From an uncultured Bacteroidales bacterium (lineage in GTDB: Bacteria > Bacteroidota > Bacteroidia > Bacteroidales > JAAAOM01), in contig CAZZBU010000004.1 in NCBI GenBank assembly GCA_964652315.1, positions 1,233 through 65,232 on the forward strand: a stretch of 64,000 nt of DNA. The letters run 5' to 3'. The position numbers and the translations under genes were made by a program. Numbering within the stretch: position 1 is the first letter of the stretch; each line of letters opens with the position of its first letter. Positions 28,974 to 36,413 of this stretch are shown one piece after another. Below the pieces are notes generated by a model that saw only the letters and a list, made by a program, of their open reading frames with translations, ran no database searches and was not told the DNA's origin.

Positions 28974-29513
28974 TTATAATCCTTTGGTTAATCCCTCCAG
29001 GGTTTTTGTATATACCTTAAAATCCTTGTCGCTGTATAATACCAGGCGGATTAGTTTAACATTAGTGAGCGTTTCCAGTTGATCCAAAATGGTACGGACA
29101 GCTACCTCTGATGCTTCCTCCACCGGATAACCAAATGCCCCGGTTGAAAGGGAAGGAAAGGCAATGCTTTCAATTTTTTTTTCATCCGCAAGGTTCAGGG
29201 CGTTTCGATAGCAGTTGGACAGGAGCCGGTCTTCGGGTTTATCAACACCGTACACAGGGCCCAGGCAATGAATAACATGCTTGTTTGGCAAATTGTGCCC
29301 TCCCGTGATAACGGCCTCTCCAGGGCCTATTGGTCCCAGAGGTTCACTTTCTTCTCTTAATCCGGGGCCGGCAGCCCGGTGGATAGCCCCTGCTACACCA
29401 CCGCCTGGCAACAGATGGGCATTGGCAGCATTAACCACTGCAACAACATCATGCTGGGCAGTGATATCACCTTGAATAAACTCTAGTTGAATATTATTTA
29501 TGGTTTTTTTCAT
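28974..29513 (-). CDS. Macro-domain protein (O-acetyl-ADP-ribose deacetylase / ADP-ribose-binding, YmdB-like)
   Basis: IQGDITAQHDVVAVVNAANAHLLPGGGVAGAIHRAAGP and ..IAFPSLSTGAFGYP.. are canonical macro-domain motifs. Confidence 0.88.
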   Translation of the reverse strand: MKKTINNIQLEFIQGDITAQHDVVAVVNAANAHLLPGGGVAGAIHRAAGPGLREESEPLGPIGPGEAVITGGHNLPNKHVIHCLGPVYGVDKPEDRLLSNCYRNALNLADEKKIESIAFPSLSTGAFGYPVEEASEVAVRTILDQLETLTNVKLIRLVLYSDKDFKVYTKTLEGLTKGL

Positions 29514-29609
29514 AGCCGTAAATATTTAATAATGACTGTTATAGTTGTAGACAAGATTGATGCATTTTTGTTTTAAAATTTTCAGGGAGTTTTAGTCGGG
29601 GTGATTGAA

Positions 29610-31250
29610 TCACGAATCAAATGCTATTATTCTCCCGTTTATCACTACGCCGTCCAGTCCCATAGTTTTAGCATCGTTCACAGCAGTTTGCGGGTAATGG
29701 ATTATGGGTTTGCCCTGCACATTGAAAGAGGTATTAATCAGTGCTTTGATGCCATAGTGTTCATCCAGGTAAACCAGCAAATCATAGATAAAAGGGATGG
29801 GTTCTTTTTCAAATACGGTTTGTATTCTGGCGGTGTTGTTAATGTGTACAGCCCCGGATAATTCTTCACGGTGCAATTCTGGGATGAAAAACTCCAGCAA
29901 CATGTATTGACTAAGATGATGGATGTTTTTGAGGCCGGTGAAATAGCGGGCATTTTTCACCAGCATGATGGGAGCAAGGGGCCTGTACCATTCACGTCCT
30001 TTAATCTGCATGCTCAGTTTTTTTGCCAGACCTGCTGAATCTGCCCGGCACAGAATACTGCGGTTGCCCAATGCACGAGGGCCTGTCTCTGAATGGCCAT
30101 TGCAGACACCGATAATTTTTCCTTCTGCAAGTAAACTGGCTGTCTGTTTCACATCCCCGGCAGTATATGAGTATTTCTCAGGCACATTAAGGGAGTTCAG
30201 AAATGGAGAATGAGGCAGGATTGGTATGTTTTTGTGGTATTGGAAAAATGCGGCAGCGCCCAGTGCCAGTCCTGAATCGTTGGTGCATGGGGGTATAAAT
30301 ACATCTTTAAATAACCTGCTTTCTACGATTCTGGCATTCAAAGGGATATTTAGCGCGGATCCTCCTGTATAATACAGGTAATCAACATCATAATGAGTTT
30401 TCAACTGAGAGAGTACCTCCATAAAATCACGTTCAAAAATATACTGAAACGTAGCGGCTATATCCTGCATAAAAGAATTCCGGTTGTCAATCGCTCCCAA
30501 GGTAATTCCCCATTGCTTTTTAAGACTTTCAAAAAAATGTTTTTTATTGGTCCAGATACCTTCGAAGAACCTGTTTTCTTTTAACCATATTTCCAATTCA
30601 GGCGAATATTTGCCACACGCTGCCAGCCCCATAAATTTCCCGGGTACTGCATTCTGATTCTCTCTGCTGCCCCCTGCCAAACTAAAAGTCAAGGCGTTGG
30701 CATTAAATAAATTCGACAGGTACTTCAAGCGCCATGATGTTTCAATAAGCTTTGGTTTACCGTCTTTATAAATCCAGACTGAGAAATTTCCTTTACTGGC
30801 ACCACCGTCAAAATGCACCAACAAACTTTTATCTTTAAAATCGCCAAAAAATGGCATGCAGCTAAAAATATGAGCCAACTCATGGTTTACGATATACCCC
30901 TTTTTTTCTTTCCCATACCACCGGAGAAGACCTTCCTCCGGCCATTCAGCCAGCGAATTTCCTAAGGGGGCCTCAAAACGGATATCTCCATCAAAAGAGA
31001 TAAACGATCGACCAATGACATTGTCGGTAAAAACAACCTCGGCATCATGATTTCCGGCCAGTTTCATCTCACGCATGAGTGGATACAAATATTCGTGCAT
31101 CCGGTTGTCATATTTTTTTCCGGTAAATCGTTCAAGCTGCATAAAGTGCCTGCATTTACCCCCTTCAAACACTGCGATGGCATGATCATGCACAAATTCT
31201 GGAAAATCAGACAACTTTATGTCCTGAATACCGTAAATACCGATTATCAT
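29610..31250 (-). CDS. NodU/CmcH-family carbamoyltransferase
   Basis: N-terminal ..IGIYG..HDHAIAV.. and ..NHELAHIFS.. metal-binding-type motifs. C-terminal ..RPLAPIM.., ..HINNTARIQTV.. and ..LINTSFNVQGKPII... The ATG at 31250 (MIIGIYG) is preferred over the listed upstream non-ATG start at 31289. Confidence 0.8.
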   Translation of the reverse strand: MIIGIYGIQDIKLSDFPEFVHDHAIAVFEGGKCRHFMQLERFTGKKYDNRMHEYLYPLMREMKLAGNHDAEVVFTDNVIGRSFISFDGDIRFEAPLGNSLAEWPEEGLLRWYGKEKKGYIVNHELAHIFSCMPFFGDFKDKSLLVHFDGGASKGNFSVWIYKDGKPKLIETSWRLKYLSNLFNANALTFSLAGGSRENQNAVPGKFMGLAACGKYSPELEIWLKENRFFEGIWTNKKHFFESLKKQWGITLGAIDNRNSFMQDIAATFQYIFERDFMEVLSQLKTHYDVDYLYYTGGSALNIPLNARIVESRLFKDVFIPPCTNDSGLALGAAAFFQYHKNIPILPHSPFLNSLNVPEKYSYTAGDVKQTASLLAEGKIIGVCNGHSETGPRALGNRSILCRADSAGLAKKLSMQIKGREWYRPLAPIMLVKNARYFTGLKNIHHLSQYMLLEFFIPELHREELSGAVHINNTARIQTVFEKEPIPFIYDLLVYLDEHYGIKALINTSFNVQGKPIIHYPQTAVNDAKTMGLDGVVINGRIIAFDS

Positions 31251-31256
31251 ATTGAT

Positions 31257-31264
31257 TAAATTTG
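31257..31264 (+). promoter_or_regulatory. Candidate -7 promoter element TAAATTTG upstream of the CheR-led operon
   Basis: Exact TAnnTTTG match on the plus strand, 138 nt upstream of the CheR ATG (31402). If used, it implies a long 5' leader that contains the repeated 12-mer at 31328-31339. Confidence 0.25.
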
Positions 31265-31327
31265 CCGATTGAATAAAAATGAATCGCAAATAAATTAAAT
31301 ATATTTATAATTAAAATTATTATATTA

Positions 31328-31339
31328 GATAAACTTTTC
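31328..31339 (+). repeat. 12-nt motif TATTATATTAGA (copy 1), repeated at 32251-32262
   Basis: Exact 12-mer shared by the two intergenic regions preceding CheR (31402) and the first sensor gene (32293). The extended similarity is TATTATATTAGA(T/C)AAA. Confidence 0.6.
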
Positions 31340-31401
31340 GGGCAAGAAGGGATGCCAAGCCTTGAAAATAAACAGTTTTTATTTAGTTATTCAGTATTTC
31401 T

Positions 31402-32241
31402 ATGACGATTACGGAACAAGATTTTCAGATATTTTTGTATGCCGTAAAAAGCAGTTCAGAATATGATTTTAGCGATTATTCTGAAAAATCTCTGAAGAGA
31501 AGGTTGGCGAAGGTCCTGTTAGATCATAAAACCAACATTACCCAGCTGGTCAGTAAGATTAAAAATGATAGAATTTTTCTTGAGAAAATAGTTCGGGACA
31601 TTACCGTAAATACCACCGAGCTTTTTCGCGACCCTGCCATCTGGCACGCCCTGAAATATAAAATCTTACCCAACCTGGCAAACAACGAAAACATCAATAT
31701 CTGGCATGCGGGATGCTCCACAGGACAGGAAGTTTATTCCATGATGATTTTGCTGAATGAACTGGAAATGCTTCATAAATGTAAAATTGTGGCCACCGAC
31801 CTTAACTCTGATGTATTGGATTTAGCAAAGCAGGGGACATACAAATACAGGTTTAACATCGGATATCTGGATAATTTCGATAAGGTGATTAAAGAAAATC
31901 CTTTCAACTATGAAGAATACAATGATGTACCCTATTCCAAATACTTTAGCATTGATAAGGAAAAAGACCAGATAGTCATACACAAGCAGTTTCGCAATAT
32001 ACCGGTATTTAAAAAGCACGATTTGGTCCATGATGAGAATACCGCTTATATAAAATTTGATTTAATCCTTTGCCGGAATGTAATTATTTATTTTAATTAT
32101 GCCTTGCAAAACAGAGTTTTTGACCTGTTTTACAGGAATTTGTATGAAAATGGTTATTTTATTCTGGGCATGCATGAAACCATTCTTGGCGACTTTGCCA
32201 ATAAGTTTCAAAAAAGAGGTCAGTATTATATAAAAAGTTAA
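31402..32241 (+). CDS. cheR: CheR-type protein-glutamate O-methyltransferase (canonical motifs)
   Basis: ..TTELFRDPAIW.., ..NIWHAGCSTGQEVYSM.. (SAM motif I), ..IVATDLNSDVLDLAKQGTY.. (acidic residue after beta2) and ..DLILCRNVIIYFN... Confidence 0.88.
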   Translation: MTITEQDFQIFLYAVKSSSEYDFSDYSEKSLKRRLAKVLLDHKTNITQLVSKIKNDRIFLEKIVRDITVNTTELFRDPAIWHALKYKILPNLANNENINIWHAGCSTGQEVYSMMILLNELEMLHKCKIVATDLNSDVLDLAKQGTYKYRFNIGYLDNFDKVIKENPFNYEEYNDVPYSKYFSIDKEKDQIVIHKQFRNIPVFKKHDLVHDENTAYIKFDLILCRNVIIYFNYALQNRVFDLFYRNLYENGYFILGMHETILGDFANKFQKRGQYYIKS

Positions 32242-32250
32242 CATTATAAC

Positions 32251-32262
32251 TATTATATTAGA
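32251..32262 (+). repeat. 12-nt motif TATTATATTAGA (copy 2)
   Basis: Identical to 31328-31339. Lies 31 nt upstream of the ATG at 32293. Confidence 0.6.
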
Positions 32263-32292
32263 CAAATTCTTGTATTAACGCTTGACTAAAAT

Positions 32293-34989
32293 ATGTTAAA
32301 ATCTTTTGATACAATAAGAATAAAGCTATGGTCTGTTTTAGGATTAATAACTGCAGGCTGGATTATTTTTGGTATCATTTCCCTGACCTCTCATGGAAAG
32401 TTGTCTAATTATCAACAGCTAAATGACCAGATTACCCAATATAAAAATGGCCTTGAGGCAATTAAAGACAGTTTCGAAGGACTAAGTGCTGTATCTGTCA
32501 GGCAAACAGGTACGGAAGATGAGGAGAAAGCGGATAATTTTACAGCTTCTTTAAATGAAGCTATAAGCAGGCTTAATCACCTGACTGCCCAAATTACAGA
32601 AAACCATTTTTTCTATTCTTCAGAATCAAATGAAGTATTGCTGCTTATGGTGGATGAAAATCTGAATGACTTACAGGAAGATCATACCACCATCATTGAA
32701 CTTATTCAGGAACGCAACCTGGAGGAAACAGGCGCCGTTAGCCAATGGAATACTGAAGCGCGATTGCTTTCCGAAATTGGCTCGGTAAGCAACAATAACT
32801 TTGTACAACGTAACATTGCCCAGCTCGTTCGCTATAAATCCGCTTACCTGAGCACGCCCGATGAGGCCATTATTCATGCTATAACTGTTGAAGGAGAACA
32901 GCTTAAAAATGACATACAGCAAGATACCTTGATGTTTCCTTCAGAAAAAGACCAGTTGGCCGCTGCAATCAATGATTATATGGCTGCAGCAAACAGTGTG
33001 CTGGAAAAAGATATCCGCATTGGGCTGACACACCAATCCGGGCTGGTTGGCAATGCCCTTGGTAATATATCGGACATGCAACAACAGCTGGACAATATCA
33101 GTGACAATATTCTTTCCGTATACCAAACCATTAAATTACGCTCACAAGCTGTCTTATGGATATTCTGGATCCTTTTTGTTCTGGTAATTATCGGGCTTTC
33201 GCTTCTTACGGTGCATTATTTTACCAATGCCACTGGCAGGATTGCCCGCTTTATCAATCAAATGTCAACCGGCAGTACTCCGGAAAAGATTCATCTTGAC
33301 ACCAACGATGAATTTAACAGCATCGCAAGCGGACTAAACAAACACATGGAACATCTTCAGGAAAAGATTGCCTTTGCCACCAGCATGGCCGAAGGAATAA
33401 CGGATGTTGAATTTAACCCGGCCGGGAAGGAGGACGATCTGGGCAATGCCTTGTTGTCTCTGAGTGAAAATCTGGAGAAGACCAAAAAAGAAGAAGAGAA
33501 AAATGCGATTGAAAGCCAAAAGCGCAGTTGGACCAACGAGGGCTTGGCCAAATTTGCCGATATCCTGAGACAAAATAATGATAATCTTGACAAGCTTGCT
33601 GATAACCTTATTATCAGTCTGGTAAAGTACATTGAAGCTACCCAGGGCGGCATTTTTCTTATTAATGATGATAATGCAGACAATCCAATCCTGGAATTAA
33701 AGTCTTCTGTTGCCTATGACAGAAGAAAATTTGTACAGCGTACATTTGAAATGGGTGAAGGATTGGTAGGGACAGTGGCAGTTGAGAAAAAAAGCATCTT
33801 GCTCACCGAAATTCCTCAGGATTACATGGAGATAACAAGCGGACTGGGCGAAGCCGAACCCGATTGCCTCCTGATTGTGCCCCTGAAACTCGAAAACAAA
33901 ATACTTGGAGTGCTCGAACTGGCTTCTTTTAATGTTTTTCAACCGCACGAAGTCGATTTTATTGAAACCATTGGCGAAAGCATTGCCTCTACGCTCACCA
34001 CGGTGCGGGTGAATGAGCGGACTGCCGAACTGCTTGAAAAATCGCAGCGGCAGGCTTCTGAAATGGCCGAACAGGAGGAAGAAATGCGCCAGAATATGGA
34101 AGAACTTCAGGCAACACAGGAAGAAGCATCCAGACGCGAAACCGAAATTACCAGCATCCTCAATGCAGTTCATTCCACATCCCTTGTAGTGGAGTATGAT
34201 CTGGATGGGAATATCCTGAATATCAATGAAAAATTCCTCAAATTGATGAATCTTCCCAAAAGAGATATCATTGGCATTCATCACAGTGATTTTACAGCTA
34301 AAAACCGCACAGAAAACGTGTACATTGAATTCTGGAATACCATGCTAAAAGGAGAAGCCGTGAACAATACCGAAGTGATAAAACTACCTACCGGGAAAAA
34401 GCTCTGGCTCAATCAAAGTTACACACCCATTTTAAATCAGGAGGGTAAACCCACCAAGATAATTAATATAGCTGTTGACATTACAGCTACAAAAACTACA
34501 GAACAGGAACTTGAAAAAAAATCAAGGGAGGTATTGCATAAAACCAATGAATTCAATACGCTGAATACGGCAATCAACCAATCCATTATTAAAAGTGAAT
34601 TTAAGCCGGACGGTACCATTGTGGATGCCAACGATAATTTTGCTGCCATGCTGGGATATCCCCTGAAGGACATTCTGAATAAAAACCTTTGGGATTTTAT
34701 GAATGATGAGGAAAAAGACGTGCTGGACAGCTTCTGGGCAAACCTTGTCAATAAATCTACCCATAAAACCAACCTTAAACGTATAAAACCCAATGGGGAA
34801 ATTCAATGGCTAATATCCACTTTTACCCCGGTGATTGATGATGATGCCAATGTATATAAAATTTATTATCTGGCACAGGATATTACAGAACAGAAAATGA
34901 AATATGAGCTTCTGGTTGAAGCAAACAAAGAAATAGATCGCCTTAAGCACCTGTTGGGTGAAAAAGGAACTGACCAACAAAAGAGTTAA
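32293..34989 (+). CDS. Membrane sensor protein: TM, ~250-aa extracytoplasmic helical domain, TM, HAMP, GAF, Glu-rich coiled coil, PAS, PAS. No recognisable output domain
   Basis: TM1 LWSVLGLITAGWIIFGIISL and TM2 VLWIFWILFVLVIIGLSLLTV. HAMP-like ..RIARFINQMSTGSTPEKIHLDTNDEFNSIASGLNKHMEHL... GAF ..ATQGGIFLIND...GEGLVGTVAVEKKSILLTEIPQDYMEITSGLGEAEPDCLLIVPLK..ILGVLELASF... Coiled coil SQRQASEMAEQEEEMRQNMEELQATQEEASRRE. Two PAS/PAC units end in ..IAVDITATK.. and ..LAQDITEQK... The protein stops 30 aa after the second PAS. Confidence 0.8.
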   Translation: MLKSFDTIRIKLWSVLGLITAGWIIFGIISLTSHGKLSNYQQLNDQITQYKNGLEAIKDSFEGLSAVSVRQTGTEDEEKADNFTASLNEAISRLNHLTAQITENHFFYSSESNEVLLLMVDENLNDLQEDHTTIIELIQERNLEETGAVSQWNTEARLLSEIGSVSNNNFVQRNIAQLVRYKSAYLSTPDEAIIHAITVEGEQLKNDIQQDTLMFPSEKDQLAAAINDYMAAANSVLEKDIRIGLTHQSGLVGNALGNISDMQQQLDNISDNILSVYQTIKLRSQAVLWIFWILFVLVIIGLSLLTVHYFTNATGRIARFINQMSTGSTPEKIHLDTNDEFNSIASGLNKHMEHLQEKIAFATSMAEGITDVEFNPAGKEDDLGNALLSLSENLEKTKKEEEKNAIESQKRSWTNEGLAKFADILRQNNDNLDKLADNLIISLVKYIEATQGGIFLINDDNADNPILELKSSVAYDRRKFVQRTFEMGEGLVGTVAVEKKSILLTEIPQDYMEITSGLGEAEPDCLLIVPLKLENKILGVLELASFNVFQPHEVDFIETIGESIASTLTTVRVNERTAELLEKSQRQASEMAEQEEEMRQNMEELQATQEEASRRETEITSILNAVHSTSLVVEYDLDGNILNINEKFLKLMNLPKRDIIGIHHSDFTAKNRTENVYIEFWNTMLKGEAVNNTEVIKLPTGKKLWLNQSYTPILNQEGKPTKIINIAVDITATKTTEQELEKKSREVLHKTNEFNTLNTAINQSIIKSEFKPDGTIVDANDNFAAMLGYPLKDILNKNLWDFMNDEEKDVLDSFWANLVNKSTHKTNLKRIKPNGEIQWLISTFTPVIDDDANVYKIYYLAQDITEQKMKYELLVEANKEIDRLKHLLGEKGTDQQKS

Positions 34990-35009
34990 TTACTTTTATT
35001 GTTATATTG

Positions 35010-35837
35010 ATGGAAGGACCGGAAATAGGGATAGTTGAAACACGTAACATTATTCGGATACTCAAGGAAAAATACAACCTGGATTATTCGAATCATGCCT
35101 TAACATCGTTAAAACGGCGTTTGGAGCGGTGTATCCTTATCAATAACCTTAAAAATGCTGAAAATCTAATTTTAAAACTTACCGATAGTCCGGATTTTAT
35201 TAACAAGTTCCAGGTTGACATTGCTGTTGAGTCCACTGAGATGTTTCGTGATCCTTCTTTGTGGCGTTGGTTGCGTGATGAGTTTTTGCCTGAGCAAATC
35301 CGTCCCAACATCAGTTACAGCATCTGGTTACCTGAGTGTGTTTCAGGAGATGAATTGTTCACCTTATGCACGGTATTAAATGAAGCCGGGTATCAGGATA
35401 AAGTAAAAATTATTGCTACATCTTACAGTCAGGCACTCATAGACCGGATCCGAAGTGGTGAACTGCGGTTTAAAAAGATTGATACCAGCAGCGAGAACTA
35501 TACCCGTTTTCATGGTATCCGCGATTTTACCGATTATTATAATCTCATTGATAACACAGCAATCCGGGATGTGTCCATGATATCGCTTGTCGAATTCAGG
35601 AAGCATGACATTACAGAAGATGCTCCATTAAGGGATATAAAGCTTATCCTGTTTCGTAACCGAATGATATATTATAACCCTACATTACAGTCCAGGGTAC
35701 TGGCAAAACTTCACCAGAGCCTGAGTTTTAATGGGCATCTGGTAATCGGAACCATGGAGAACCTTGTAAGTTTTATTAAAAACAATGAATTTACAGTTGT
35801 CAACCAAAATGAAAACGTATTTAAAAAACGTGGCTAG
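35010..35837 (+). CDS. Divergent CheR-like protein with degenerate SAM-binding motifs (possible pseudo-methyltransferase)
   Basis: CheR fold markers are retained (..STEMFRDPSLW.., ..LILFRNRMIYYN..). Motif I reads IWLPECVSGDE instead of IWxAGCSTGEE. The post-beta2 acidic residue is missing (IIATSYSQALI vs IVATDLNSDVL in the neighbouring CheR). The ATG at 35010 directly follows the listed TTG at 35007. Confidence 0.7.
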   Translation: MEGPEIGIVETRNIIRILKEKYNLDYSNHALTSLKRRLERCILINNLKNAENLILKLTDSPDFINKFQVDIAVESTEMFRDPSLWRWLRDEFLPEQIRPNISYSIWLPECVSGDELFTLCTVLNEAGYQDKVKIIATSYSQALIDRIRSGELRFKKIDTSSENYTRFHGIRDFTDYYNLIDNTAIRDVSMISLVEFRKHDITEDAPLRDIKLILFRNRMIYYNPTLQSRVLAKLHQSLSFNGHLVIGTMENLVSFIKNNEFTVVNQNENVFKKRG

Positions 35838-35842
35838 AAGAA

Positions 35843-36403
35843 ATGTATAAAGCAGTTATCATAGGTGGATCAGCCGGAAGTTTTCAGGTGGTAACAAAAA
35901 TATTAAGTTCCCTGCCTCAGAATTATCCGGTTCCGGTTTTATTATGCCTGCACCGGTTAAAGCATGTACGTTCAGGTTTTGTTGAAGCCCTGTCGCTCAA
36001 ATCAAGTATTCCTGTTATTGAACCTATTGACAAGGAACAGCTGAAGCCTGGAAAAGCGTATCTTGCACCTGCCAACTACCACATGTTTCTTGAGCTGGCA
36101 AACCGGGTGGCTTTATCCACAGAGGAGCCGGTGAACCATTCACGCCCCTCCATCGATCTGTCATTTATTACTGCTGCCCATGCCTATCGCAAAGCTTTGG
36201 TTGGCATTATTTTATCCGGGGCAAATAAAGACGGGGCACTAGGACTGAAAAAAGTACACGAACTGGGAGGTACTACCATTGTTCAGGATCCTGAGGAATG
36301 TGAGGTCCGTACCATGACAGAATCTTCCCTGCAACTTACGCAGGTGGATCACGTTTACAGAACTGATAGCATCATTCAATTTTTACAAAAAATAAATCGC
36401 TAG
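35843..36403 (+). CDS. cheB: CheB-type protein-glutamate methylesterase catalytic domain, no receiver domain
   Basis: 186 aa. Ser/His/Asp triad candidates appear in the expected order and context: VIIGGSAGSF, LLCLHRL, ILSGANKDGA. Also ..GGTTIVQDPEE... There is no N-terminal REC domain. Confidence 0.8.
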   Translation: MYKAVIIGGSAGSFQVVTKILSSLPQNYPVPVLLCLHRLKHVRSGFVEALSLKSSIPVIEPIDKEQLKPGKAYLAPANYHMFLELANRVALSTEEPVNHSRPSIDLSFITAAHAYRKALVGIILSGANKDGALGLKKVHELGGTTIVQDPEECEVRTMTESSLQLTQVDHVYRTDSIIQFLQKINR

Positions 36404-36413
36404 TTTATCGTTT

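Noticed and set aside
33697-34284. 195-aa minus-strand ORF inside the first sensor gene. Similar shadow ORFs lie at 38253-38669 and 38892-39461 (-) and at 38935-39480 (+)
   Set aside because: All are embedded in genes with clear GAF/PAS/PP2C motifs in the annotated frame. They are reverse or alternate frames of Glu/Lys-rich coding sequence.
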